From Pontibacter ruber (GTDB lineage: Bacteria > Bacteroidota > Bacteroidia > Cytophagales > Hymenobacteraceae), in contig NZ_JALPRR010000002.1 of the NCBI RefSeq assembly GCF_023630205.1, positions 300,899-364,898 of the forward strand: 64,000 nucleotides of DNA. Direction: 5' to 3'. The notes beneath the pieces are model-generated. The model did no database searches and was not told the origin of the DNA. It saw only the letters and a list, made by a program, of their open reading frames with translations. Position 1 is the first letter of the stretch. Each line of letters starts with the position of its first letter. This document shows, piece by piece, positions 10,939 through 20,522 of the stretch. The position numbers and the translations under genes were made by a program.

Positions 10939-10959
10939 TCTTTAGATTTCACCAACGGC

Positions 10960-12558
10960 ATGCAATACATCTGGCTATGCTTCTTCGTGCTTTTATTTCT
11001 GTCTTGTAATGAGAAAAAGGAAGAACCGGTAAAAAAGCCGGTTGATCCGGTACAGCCTCCTGTTTCGACAGTATCTGATAAAGAACTGCTGGACAAGGTA
11101 CAGGAGGCAACATTCCGTTATTTCTGGGATTTTGCCCATCCGGTTTCCGGCATGGCACGCGAGCGTTCCAGCTCGGGCGATGTGGTTACCAGTGGCGGTA
11201 CAGGCTTTGGCGTGCAGGCGATTGTCGTTGGGGTAAGCAGAGGCTGGATCACAAGGCAGGAAGCGGTTGAGCGTCTGAACAAGCTGTGTGATTTTCTTTC
11301 CAAAGCAGAACGCTTCCACGGCGCCTGGCCCCACTGGCTAAACGGCAGCACGGGAGCGGTTATACCTTTCAGCGCAAAAGATAACGGGGGAGACCTGGTA
11401 GAGACTTCCTACCTCATAAATGGCTTGCTTACTGCCCGCGCATACTTTAACGGAGCCGATGCCCGGGAAACGGAGTTGCGCGATAAGATCACCCAACTAT
11501 GGGAAACAGTAGAATGGAGTTGGTACGCTTCCCGCGGCGACGGCCTCTTGTACTGGCACTGGAGCCGGAGCTTTGGGTGGGAGATGAACATGCCCATACG
11601 TGGCTGGAACGAAGCCCTTATAACCTACATCCTGGCACTTGGCTCACCCACACACCCGATCACTCCCGAAGTATACCAGCGCACCTGGGTTAACCGGAAC
11701 GAAGGTACTTACGAAGGTTACCGGCTCAGCATGGGGCCGGGGTATGGCGGTCCATTGTTCTTTGCTCACTATTCCTTCCTGAGCCTCGACCCGAAACAAA
11801 TGGAAGACCAGTATACCCATTACTGGATGCACAATCTCAAACATACACTCATCAACCGGGCCTGGAGTATTTACAGCGCAACTAAAAGTTATGGCTACTC
11901 GACCGGCAACTGGGGGCTCACCGCCTCCGACGATCCGGAAGGATACAAGGCGCACCAGCCAACCAACGACAACGGTACCATCGCGCCGACGGCTGCCCTG
12001 TCCTCTTTTCCTTATACCCCGTACTACTCCATGCAGGCGCTGCGCCATTTCGAAAGTATGGGCGCACAGCTTTGGGGCACGTATGGCTTTAAGGATGCTT
12101 TTAACAAATCGCGCAACTGGGTGGCAAAAGATTATCTGGCCATTGACCAGGGGCCAATCGTCGCGATGATCGAGAATTACAGGAGCGGCCTGCTGTGGTC
12201 TTTGTTTACCGATCTGCCGGAGGTGCAGGCAGGGCTTGCGAAAGCAGGCATCCGGAAGCCGGTGTACGACACAGGTTTTCCTTTGGCAATACCGGATGTA
12301 AGAACGAGCACAGTCGATCTGCTGAAACACCCGGACAAAGGGGCGTACCAGGTAGAAGTAGCGGTGAAAAATGCCGATCCTTTCGTGCTGACTTTGGAAA
12401 AACCAGACGGAAGTATAGCCGAGACGATCTGGAATAATGAAACCAAAACCAATGGACTACACCAGGTTAATTTTGGTGCCAGCCTGCAGCCCGGAGCGTA
12501 TAAACTACGGCTAAAAGGAGGCACTATCGATAAAGAACTTTCTGTATACCTGCATTAA
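10960..12558 (+). CDS. GH144 (DUF3131)-like (alpha/alpha)6 glycoside hydrolase, putative endo-beta-1,2-glucanase; lipoprotein
   Basis: The ORF-track start at 10912 lies inside the terminator. The in-frame ATG at 10960 gives MQYIWLCFFVLLFLSC, a lipoprotein signal. Conserved block FRYFWDFAHPVSGMARERS...GTGFG...RFHGAWPHWLNG...GGDLVETSYL is shared with two paralogs in this locus. Confidence 0.65.
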   Translation: MQYIWLCFFVLLFLSCNEKKEEPVKKPVDPVQPPVSTVSDKELLDKVQEATFRYFWDFAHPVSGMARERSSSGDVVTSGGTGFGVQAIVVGVSRGWITRQEAVERLNKLCDFLSKAERFHGAWPHWLNGSTGAVIPFSAKDNGGDLVETSYLINGLLTARAYFNGADARETELRDKITQLWETVEWSWYASRGDGLLYWHWSRSFGWEMNMPIRGWNEALITYILALGSPTHPITPEVYQRTWVNRNEGTYEGYRLSMGPGYGGPLFFAHYSFLSLDPKQMEDQYTHYWMHNLKHTLINRAWSIYSATKSYGYSTGNWGLTASDDPEGYKAHQPTNDNGTIAPTAALSSFPYTPYYSMQALRHFESMGAQLWGTYGFKDAFNKSRNWVAKDYLAIDQGPIVAMIENYRSGLLWSLFTDLPEVQAGLAKAGIRKPVYDTGFPLAIPDVRTSTVDLLKHPDKGAYQVEVAVKNADPFVLTLEKPDGSIAETIWNNETKTNGLHQVNFGASLQPGAYKLRLKGGTIDKELSVYLH

Positions 12559-12568
12559 ATCTATACCT

Positions 12569-14002
12569 ATGAAACAACTATACCGCTACTTTACAGGCAG
12601 CTGCAGCTTCAAAAAGTACCTGTTCTTGCCTCTGGGCATGCTGCTGCTTTTTAGCTGCCGGCAAACTGCCGAAACAGGTCAAACTACTCAGACCGAAGAA
12701 ACCGCACAGGCCGCAGATACTGTCGCAACAGCAGCAACCAGCAACCAAAAGCTCAACGACGAAGAACTGCTTAACCTGCTGCAGCAGCAGACCTTCCAGT
12801 ATTTCTGGGAAGGAGCAGAGCCAACTTCGGGTGCGGCCCGTGAGCGCATTCATTTGGATGGTGAGTACCCGGAGAACGACCAGAACGTGGTAACCACAGG
12901 CGCCACCGGCTTTGGCGTGATGGCCATACTTGTCGGTATCGAGCGGGGCTTTATTACCCGTGAAGAAGGAGTGGAGCGGCTCGAGAAGATCGTAAGTTTT
13001 CTGGAAAAGGCCGACCGTTTCCATGGAGCCTGGCCGCACTGGCTGCAGGGCGAAACCGGTAAAGTAAAGCCGTTCAGTCCCAAAGACGATGGCGGCGACC
13101 TGGTAGAAACGTCCTTTCTGGTGCAGGGCTTGTTAACGGTACGGCAATACCTGACAGGGGAAAACGAAGCTGAAAAAGCCCTGGCTAACCGCATCAACAA
13201 ACTATGGCAGGACGTGGAGTGGGACTGGTACCGCAACAAGCAAAATGTACTGTACTGGCACTGGTCGCCAAAGTATGCCTGGCAGATGAACTTTCCGGTA
13301 AAGGGCTATAACGAGTGCCTCATTATGTACGTGCTGGCAGCCTCTTCGCCTACGCACACCATACCGGCTGCCGTATACCACGAAGGCTGGGCTCAAAACG
13401 GGGCAATCAAAGATAACGTGGACATGTATGGCTATAAGATAGGATTGTTTCACCAGGGCCAGAAAGGCAGCGTAGGCCCCTTGTTCTGGGCGCATTACTC
13501 CTACTTAGGCCTCGATCCGCGCGGGCTCAAAGACAAGTATGCCGATTACTGGGAGCACAATAAAAACCACACGCTCATCAACTATGCTTACTGTGTCGAT
13601 AACCCGAAAAACTACAAAGGCTACGGCGAAAATGCCTGGGGGCTTACCTCCAGCTACTCGCCCAGAGGCTATGCCGGCCACTGCCCCAACGAAGACCTGG
13701 GGGTGATCACGCCGACGGCGGCCTTGTCCTCTTTTCCTTACGCACCCGAAGAATCCATGAAAGTGATCCGCCATCTGTATGAAGACTTGGGTGAAAAGGT
13801 TGTCGGGAAGTATGGCCCTTACGATGCTTACAGCGAGCAGGAGAACTGGTTTCCGCAGCGCTACCTGGGCATCGATCAGGGCCCGATCGTGGTGATGGTG
13901 GAAAACCAGCGCAGCGGTTTGTTGTGGGACCTGTTCATGAGTGCACCCGAAGTACAGGCCGGCCTGAAGAAGCTGGGTTTCGAGAGCCCTCACCTGAAGT
14001 AA
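12569..14002 (+). CDS. GH144 (DUF3131)-like glycoside hydrolase paralog 2; lipoprotein
   Basis: 477 aa. Lipobox LLLFSC and the same conserved blocks: FQYFWEGAEPTSGAARERI, RFHGAWPHWLQG, GGDLVETSFL. Confidence 0.65.
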   Translation: MKQLYRYFTGSCSFKKYLFLPLGMLLLFSCRQTAETGQTTQTEETAQAADTVATAATSNQKLNDEELLNLLQQQTFQYFWEGAEPTSGAARERIHLDGEYPENDQNVVTTGATGFGVMAILVGIERGFITREEGVERLEKIVSFLEKADRFHGAWPHWLQGETGKVKPFSPKDDGGDLVETSFLVQGLLTVRQYLTGENEAEKALANRINKLWQDVEWDWYRNKQNVLYWHWSPKYAWQMNFPVKGYNECLIMYVLAASSPTHTIPAAVYHEGWAQNGAIKDNVDMYGYKIGLFHQGQKGSVGPLFWAHYSYLGLDPRGLKDKYADYWEHNKNHTLINYAYCVDNPKNYKGYGENAWGLTSSYSPRGYAGHCPNEDLGVITPTAALSSFPYAPEESMKVIRHLYEDLGEKVVGKYGPYDAYSEQENWFPQRYLGIDQGPIVVMVENQRSGLLWDLFMSAPEVQAGLKKLGFESPHLK

Positions 14003-14044
14003 TCAGGAAAAAAACTTTAAGTTACACTTTCATACTTAGACAAC

Positions 14045-15790
14045 ATGATGAAGCCATCAAATAATAAGATTCTCTTGTTATTGATCCCTGTGATCATGGT
14101 AGTAAGCTGCCTCTCCAGTGTACAGGCGCAGTCGAAAGGACCAACCACCTATTGTAATCCGCTTAACCTGGATTATACTTACATGATCTACAACGCGCAC
14201 CAGGACCTCTCGTATCGTTCCGGCGCTGACCCGGCTGTCGTAGAGTTCCGGGATGAGTATTACATGTTTGTGACCCGCTCCATGGGCTACTGGCACTCGA
14301 CGGACCTGACCAACTGGACCTTTATCAACCCCGAAAAATGGTACTTCCAGGGATCCAATGCGCCCGCAGCTTTCAACTACAAAGATTCGGTACTGTACGT
14401 GGCAGGCGATCCATCCGGATCCATGAGTATACTTTACACCGACAACCCCAAAAAAGGAGACTGGAAAGCTACGCCAGCCATTCTAAACGACCTGCAGGAC
14501 CCGGCCCTGTTTATAGACGATGACGGCAAAACCTACATGTACTGGGGCTCATCCAACGTATTTCCTATCCGGGTAAAGACCCTAGACCGCAGCAAGCGTT
14601 TCCGTCCTTCCGAAAAAACCTGGGAGCTGTTTAAGCTGGATATGAGCAAACACGGCTGGGAGCGCTTCGGTGAAAACCACGCCGACACCGCCCGTGGTTA
14701 CATGGAAGGTGCCTGGATGACCAAGCACAACGGCACATACTACCTACAGTATGCAGCCCCGGGCACGGAGTTCAATGTTTATGCCGATGGCGTGTACACC
14801 AGCGACTCACCATTAGGACCTTTCAAGTATGCGCCCAATAACCCCATATCTTACAAGCCGGGCGGGTTTGCCAATGGTGCGGGGCACGGCAGCACTGTGC
14901 TGGGTCCACAAAACCAGTGGTGGCATTTTGCCTCGGCTTCGGTTTCTGTAAACGTGAACTGGGAGCGCCGCCTGAACATGTTCCCGACCTTTTTCGACAA
15001 GGATGGCCTGATGTACATGAATACCTCCTTTGGTGACTATCCACACTTTGCGCCTTCGGTGCCAGGCAAGATGGGGCAGTTTGCCGGCTGGATGCTGCTC
15101 TCTTACAACAAGCCGGTAAAAGTCTCTTCTACGCTCGAAAAATTTGGAGCCGAAAACATCGTGGATGAAAACATCCGCTCCTTCTGGGTAGCGCAGAAAA
15201 ACGACGACCAGCAGTGGATCGAGATCGACCTGCAAAAGCCGGGCAAAGTATACGCCATCCAGCTGAACTACCACGATTACAAGTCAGATCTTTACGGCAA
15301 AATTCCGGGCCTCAAGCACCAGTATACCATCGAAGGTTCTACAGACGGAAAGAGCTGGAAGATGCTGGTTGATAAAAAGAATAACGACAAAGATGTGCCC
15401 AACGATTATGTAGAGTTGCCAACGCCGGAAACGGTGCGATACGTGCGTTTCAGAAGCTACCATGCGCCAACGCCTAACCTGGCGATCTCCGGTTTGCGCG
15501 TATTTGGTAAAGGCAGTGGTAAAGCACCGGACAGGGTTAAAAGTTTTACTGTAAAGCGCCAGCAGGATAGAAGGGATGCACAGATCAATTGGGCTGCAAT
15601 ACCGGGTGCGCAAGGCTATAACATACGCTGGGGCATCGCCCCCGACAAGCTCTACAGTTCGTGGATGGTGTACGGCGAAAACTCCCTTTACATGAGAAGC
15701 CTGACAGTAGACCAGACCTATTATTTTACGATCGAAGCATTTAACGAGAACGGAGTTTCGAAGCAGGTAAAGGTGGTAAAGGTAAACTAA
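14045..15790 (+). CDS. GH43-like five-bladed beta-propeller glycoside hydrolase with C-terminal F5/8-type-C (discoidin) and Fn3 domains
   Basis: 581 aa with a signal peptide. ADPAVVEFRDEYYMF (catalytic-base blade) and EGAWMTKHNGTYYLQYAAPG (acid) are GH43-like. C-terminal NIVDENIRSFWVAQKNDDQQWIEIDL is discoidin-like, followed by an Fn3-like segment. Confidence 0.55.
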   Translation: MMKPSNNKILLLLIPVIMVVSCLSSVQAQSKGPTTYCNPLNLDYTYMIYNAHQDLSYRSGADPAVVEFRDEYYMFVTRSMGYWHSTDLTNWTFINPEKWYFQGSNAPAAFNYKDSVLYVAGDPSGSMSILYTDNPKKGDWKATPAILNDLQDPALFIDDDGKTYMYWGSSNVFPIRVKTLDRSKRFRPSEKTWELFKLDMSKHGWERFGENHADTARGYMEGAWMTKHNGTYYLQYAAPGTEFNVYADGVYTSDSPLGPFKYAPNNPISYKPGGFANGAGHGSTVLGPQNQWWHFASASVSVNVNWERRLNMFPTFFDKDGLMYMNTSFGDYPHFAPSVPGKMGQFAGWMLLSYNKPVKVSSTLEKFGAENIVDENIRSFWVAQKNDDQQWIEIDLQKPGKVYAIQLNYHDYKSDLYGKIPGLKHQYTIEGSTDGKSWKMLVDKKNNDKDVPNDYVELPTPETVRYVRFRSYHAPTPNLAISGLRVFGKGSGKAPDRVKSFTVKRQQDRRDAQINWAAIPGAQGYNIRWGIAPDKLYSSWMVYGENSLYMRSLTVDQTYYFTIEAFNENGVSKQVKVVKVN

Positions 15791-15844
15791 GCCACCGTTC
15801 AGGACTAACGAAGTATAGGTTGCACTGAAGAAAGCAAACCAAGT

Positions 15845-18028
15845 ATGAAACACGGTATCCTCTTCTTTCTTTTCTTGTTTTGCCAGTTAGTCGTTTTCGG
15901 TCAGGAAACGCCCTACACGCAGGTGTTCTTTGAGAACAGCCTGATGAGCAGGGATCACTACTACTCGACGGCAACCTATACTGCGCCTGGTTGGGTGAAG
16001 AACAGCCAAAACAAACTGCCGGTAAGCGAGGAGGTGTTTTTTACGCCGGGCAATTCGCTGGAGCTCCGGTATGTGTCGGCACCCAAAGGCAGTTGGCAGG
16101 CGCAGGTGCTCTACCACCCTATCCGGGGTATCGATTTCCTGAAGCCTGCTACCATGCTCACCTTTAGGTTGCTTGTCAAGTCTGAAACGGCCGCCCCGGA
16201 GCTGCCTGCCGTGGCCATTGGTAAGCGGGAGGCAAAGGAATTATCCGCTTTCGTACTGCTTCAGAACTTTGTCAAAGAGTATAAAACCAACGCCTGGCTA
16301 ACGGTGCAGGTGCCGCTCAACAGCTTCAAGGATTTGAGCTACAAGGAGAGTAAGGAGATCGATGTGATCGCTTTTCGGCAGCAGGGCAGCGACGGCAAAG
16401 AGCATGTTTTATACTTGGACCAACTGGAACTGACACCTGCTCCGGCCAGTCAGAAAATAACTGCTGCCCCCAAACTTACCGCCGCAACCGGCTATGAGAA
16501 ACATGTAAGTATAGCCTGGGAAAAGATCACCGATCCGGCAGTGCGCTATGTGCAGGTATACCGTTCATCAGACAACAAAAACTTTACACCTGTGGCAATA
16601 GAGTCGCCAGTGTTAAGCCGCTACGACGATTTTGTAGGCACTACAGGCCAAACGTTCCATTACAAGATCAGTTTCCTCGACGACAACTATACTGAAACGG
16701 CTCAGTCTAACATAGTCAATGCCTCCACACGCCCCATGACGGATGAAGAACTGCTGACGATGGTGCAGGAGGCGCACTTCCGTTATTACTGGGACGGTGC
16801 GGAACCAAACAGCGGGCTGGCGCTTGAGAACATTCCCGGGCGCAGAACCATGGTGGCTTCCGGTGCTTCCGGCTTTGGCATGATGGCGTTGCTGGCAGGT
16901 ATAGAACGCAAGTTTATTACGCGGGAGCAGGGCGTGGAGCGGTTTGTACAGATCGTGAACTACCTGGACAAAGCGGAGAAATTCCATGGTGCTTTCTCGC
17001 ATTTTCTGGATGGCAATACGGGTAAGGTGGTACCTTTCTTTGGCCCGAAAGATAATGGTGGCGACCTGGTCGAAACAGCTTTCCTGGCGCAGGGCCTGCT
17101 TGCTGCACGGGCCTACTTCAACGGCAATAACCAGCAGGAAAAACTCATCCGCGATAAGATCACCGGCATCTGGCGCGGCATCGAGTGGAGTTGGTACCGG
17201 CGCGAAAAGAATAACCCGTACCTGCTCTGGCACTGGTCGCCGGACCAGGCCTGGGTGATCAACCACAAGCTCATCGGCTGGAACGAAACCATGATCGTGT
17301 ACCTGCTCGGCATTTCGTCGCCTTCGCATAGCATACCGGCCAACATGTACTACACCGGCTGGGCAAGCCAGGATGCGGAAGCACAGAAATACCGCTCCGA
17401 CTGGGGCCAGACAAAGGAGGGAAGCAAGTATACCAATGGCAACTCTTACTATGGCATTCCGCTAAAAGTGGGCGTCTCCAACGGAGGTCCCTTGTTTTTT
17501 ATCCACTATTCTTACTTAGGGCCGGATCCGAAAAAGATACAGGACAAGTATACCGACTACTTCAGCAACAACCGCAACATTGCCCTTATCAACTACCGTT
17601 ACTGCGTGGAGAACCCGGAAAAGCACCAGGGCTACGGCGAAGGTGCCTGGGGACTTACTGCCAGCGATGGCCCCTGGGAGTATTCAGCCAGCGAGCCGGT
17701 CCCACGGGCGGATGAGGGCAAAATGACACCAACGGGCGCCCTTGCTTCTTTTCCGTACACACCCGAAGAGTCGATGCAGGCACTGAAGAATTATTACCGC
17801 AACTACGGTCATTTTTTGTGGGGAGCCTATGGTTTCCGGGATGCCTATAACCTGAACGAGAACTGGGTGTCGCCGCTGTACATGGGGCTAAACCAGGCAC
17901 CGATCGTGGTCATGATCGAGAACTACCGCAGTGGCCTGCTCTGGAACCTGTTTATGAGCAACAAGGAAGTGCAGGAAGGCTTACGGAAGATAAAGGCTGC
18001 AGGCAGTATCTCCACGAAAAAGAGATAG
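15845..18028 (+). CDS. GH144 (DUF3131)-like glycoside hydrolase paralog 3 with ~300-aa N-terminal extension
   Basis: 727 aa with a signal peptide. C-terminal half has FRYYWDGAEPNSGLALENI, KFHGAFSHFLDG and GGDLVETAFL, matching the other two paralogs. Confidence 0.65.
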   Translation: MKHGILFFLFLFCQLVVFGQETPYTQVFFENSLMSRDHYYSTATYTAPGWVKNSQNKLPVSEEVFFTPGNSLELRYVSAPKGSWQAQVLYHPIRGIDFLKPATMLTFRLLVKSETAAPELPAVAIGKREAKELSAFVLLQNFVKEYKTNAWLTVQVPLNSFKDLSYKESKEIDVIAFRQQGSDGKEHVLYLDQLELTPAPASQKITAAPKLTAATGYEKHVSIAWEKITDPAVRYVQVYRSSDNKNFTPVAIESPVLSRYDDFVGTTGQTFHYKISFLDDNYTETAQSNIVNASTRPMTDEELLTMVQEAHFRYYWDGAEPNSGLALENIPGRRTMVASGASGFGMMALLAGIERKFITREQGVERFVQIVNYLDKAEKFHGAFSHFLDGNTGKVVPFFGPKDNGGDLVETAFLAQGLLAARAYFNGNNQQEKLIRDKITGIWRGIEWSWYRREKNNPYLLWHWSPDQAWVINHKLIGWNETMIVYLLGISSPSHSIPANMYYTGWASQDAEAQKYRSDWGQTKEGSKYTNGNSYYGIPLKVGVSNGGPLFFIHYSYLGPDPKKIQDKYTDYFSNNRNIALINYRYCVENPEKHQGYGEGAWGLTASDGPWEYSASEPVPRADEGKMTPTGALASFPYTPEESMQALKNYYRNYGHFLWGAYGFRDAYNLNENWVSPLYMGLNQAPIVVMIENYRSGLLWNLFMSNKEVQEGLRKIKAAGSISTKKR

Positions 18029-18095
18029 AACAAATATCCAAAGTATAAACGAATTGCAACAGAACCGTATCAGTAACAAAACAAACACAGCGATA

Positions 18096-20435
18096 ATGAA
18101 AACAACATCTACGATACTCATGCTGCTCCTCTGCATGGGTTGCGCACAGACAACTACGCCACCCCAGGAATCAACTACAACACAAACCGAAACAGCACCT
18201 GCTACAACGCCTTCCACGCGTTCCTCAGATCCGGAAATGGACAAGTTTATAGATGACCTGATGGCCAAAATGACGCTGGAAGAAAAGATCGGGCAGTTGA
18301 ACCTGGTGTCGGTAGGCTTTGACGTGACCGGGCCCGTAGTAAGCGAGAACGTTGATGAAAACATCCGCAAAGGAAATGTGGGCGGTGTATTTAACACCTT
18401 CACGCCAATAGCAGTCCGCAAGCTGCAGGACATGGCCATGAACAACACGCGCCTCAAAATTCCGCTGATCTTTGGCTACGATGTCATCCACGGCCACCGT
18501 ACCATTTTCCCGATTCCCTTGGGGCTGGCTTCCAGCTGGGACCTGAATGCCATTGAGCGCAGCGCCCGTATAGCTGCCGAAGAAGCCACTGCCGATGGTT
18601 TGAACTGGGTTTTCTCCCCAATGGTGGATATTGCCCGCGATCCGCGCTGGGGCCGTATTTCGGAAGGTGCTGGCGAAGATCCCTGGCTGGGCTCCAGAGT
18701 TGGGGAAGCAATGGTGCGTGGGTATCAGGGCGAAGACATGAAAGCAAATAATACGGTAATGGCCTGTGTGAAGCACTTTGCGCTTTACGGAGCTGCCGAA
18801 GCCGGCCGCGATTACAACACCGTAGACATGAGCCTGCAGCGTATGTATAACGAATACCTGCCTCCTTATAAAGCCGCCATCGATGCCGGAGCAGGCAGCG
18901 TGATGTCTTCATTCAACGAGATCAACGGCGTACCAGCTACCGGTAACAAATGGCTGATGACTGACCTGCTGCGCAAGCAGTGGGGCTTTGATGGTTTTGT
19001 GGTAACGGATTATACTGCGATTAACGAGATGATACCGCACGGTGTGGGTAACGAGGCCGAAGTAGCCGCCCTGGCACTAAAAGCCGGCGTTGACATGGAC
19101 ATGGTGGGTGAGCTTTTCCTGAAGGAACTCGGGCCTATGGTAAAAAGCGGAAAGGTAACCGAAGAAGAGATCAACACGGCCTGTCGCCGTGTGCTGGAGG
19201 CAAAGTATAAACTGGGGCTTTTCCAGGACCCATACCGTTACATCAACGACGAGCGTGCCAAAAGTACTATGATGAAAAAAGAGTATGTTGATGCCTCGCG
19301 CGACATTGCCCGCAGAAGTATGGTACTGCTCAAGAACGAGAAAAATGCACTGCCCCTGAAGCAGTCCGGTTCTATCGCCCTGATCGGGCCGCTTGCCCGT
19401 AACCAGCGCGACCTGATCGGTAACTGGAGCGGCGCCGGCGACTGGAAAAAAGCCGTATCGGTAGAGCAGGGCATACGCAACGTGGTAGGCAACAAGGTGA
19501 AGATCAACTACGCCAAAGGAGCCAACCTGACAGACGACGCCCAGATGATCCGCAGGCTGAATGCGCACGGAGGCGACCTGGAGTTGGATAAGCGCTCTTC
19601 CGAAGCCATGATTCGCGAAGCGGTGCAGGTTGCACGCAAATCAGACGTGATCGTAGCTGTGGTAGGTGAGTCGCAGGGCATGACCGGGGAGGCAGCCAGC
19701 CGTGCTGATATCACCTTGCCAGGGCAGCAACTGGCCTTGCTCAAAGCCCTGAAAGCAACCGGCAAACCGCTGGTGATCGTGCTGATGAACGGCCGTCCGC
19801 TTGCACTTGCCTGGGAGCATGAAAACGCCAACGCCATACTCGAAACCTGGTTTGCAGGTACCGAAGCCGGAAACGCTATCGCAGATGTACTTTACGGCAA
19901 CTATAACCCGTCAGGCAAGCTGACAGTTACTTTCCCGGTGGAGGTAGGGCAGGTGCCGATCTACTACAATGCCAAGAACACGGGCCGGCCCTACGGCGGA
20001 GACGAACTGGACAAGTATAAATCACGCTACATGGATGTGCCGAATGAACCGCTTTATCCGTTTGGTTATGGCCTGAGCTATACCACGTTCAGCTATTCTA
20101 AGCCGCAACTGAGCGCAACAACGCTGCAGGGAACACAGCCGCTGGAAGTGCGGGTAGACGTGCGAAACACCGGTAACTACGATGGCGAGGAAGTGGTGCA
20201 GCTCTATGTGCAGGATGTGGTAGGCTCGATAACCCGCCCGGTAAAAGAACTGAAAGGTTTCCAGAAGATCGCCCTGAAAAAAGGCGAAAGCAAGACCGTC
20301 ACCTTCCGGATTTCGGCTGATGACCTGAAATTTTATAACAACGAGCTGCAGTATGTGAACGAGCCCGGCGAGTACAGGGTGTATGTAGGCACCAACAGCC
20401 GCGATGTGCAGGCAGCCTCTTTCCGCTTGCAGTAG
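18096..20435 (+). CDS. bglX: GH3 beta-glucosidase (BglX-like), lipoprotein
   Basis: The ORF track starts at a TTG at 18054. The in-frame ATG at 18096 gives MKTTSTILMLLLCMGC, a lipobox. GH3 N-domain (KIPLIFGYDVIHGH, SPMVDIARDPRWGR) plus the C-terminal alpha/beta and FnIII-like domains. Confidence 0.88.
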   Translation: MKTTSTILMLLLCMGCAQTTTPPQESTTTQTETAPATTPSTRSSDPEMDKFIDDLMAKMTLEEKIGQLNLVSVGFDVTGPVVSENVDENIRKGNVGGVFNTFTPIAVRKLQDMAMNNTRLKIPLIFGYDVIHGHRTIFPIPLGLASSWDLNAIERSARIAAEEATADGLNWVFSPMVDIARDPRWGRISEGAGEDPWLGSRVGEAMVRGYQGEDMKANNTVMACVKHFALYGAAEAGRDYNTVDMSLQRMYNEYLPPYKAAIDAGAGSVMSSFNEINGVPATGNKWLMTDLLRKQWGFDGFVVTDYTAINEMIPHGVGNEAEVAALALKAGVDMDMVGELFLKELGPMVKSGKVTEEEINTACRRVLEAKYKLGLFQDPYRYINDERAKSTMMKKEYVDASRDIARRSMVLLKNEKNALPLKQSGSIALIGPLARNQRDLIGNWSGAGDWKKAVSVEQGIRNVVGNKVKINYAKGANLTDDAQMIRRLNAHGGDLELDKRSSEAMIREAVQVARKSDVIVAVVGESQGMTGEAASRADITLPGQQLALLKALKATGKPLVIVLMNGRPLALAWEHENANAILETWFAGTEAGNAIADVLYGNYNPSGKLTVTFPVEVGQVPIYYNAKNTGRPYGGDELDKYKSRYMDVPNEPLYPFGYGLSYTTFSYSKPQLSATTLQGTQPLEVRVDVRNTGNYDGEEVVQLYVQDVVGSITRPVKELKGFQKIALKKGESKTVTFRISADDLKFYNNELQYVNEPGEYRVYVGTNSRDVQAASFRLQ

Positions 20436-20463
20436 CTGGTATGATTTAAATTCAGCCACCCCT

Positions 20464-20513
20464 GCTAACAGCAATTTTGGCTGTTAGCAGGGGTGGCTTC
20501 TTATTAACAGACA
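20464..20513 (+). terminator. strong intrinsic terminator closing the PUL
   Basis: Perfect 18-19 bp stem agccacccctgctaacagc / gctgttagcaggggtggct, 7-nt loop, then TTCTTATT. Confidence 0.8.
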
Positions 20514-20522
20514 TCCTTATCT

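Noticed and set aside
10912-10959. ORF-track start of the first GH144-like gene at 10912 (MRGSILFILSLDFTNG)
   Set aside because: This start lies within the susD terminator hairpin. The in-frame ATG at 10960 gives a proper lipoprotein signal peptide.
11644-17329. Antisense ORFs of 150-240 aa within the GH144-like genes (11644-12330, 13505-13993, 14813-15274, 15284-15853, 16613-17329)
   Set aside because: They are fully nested in conserved sense-strand hydrolase genes. Their composition is typical of GC-rich shadow frames.
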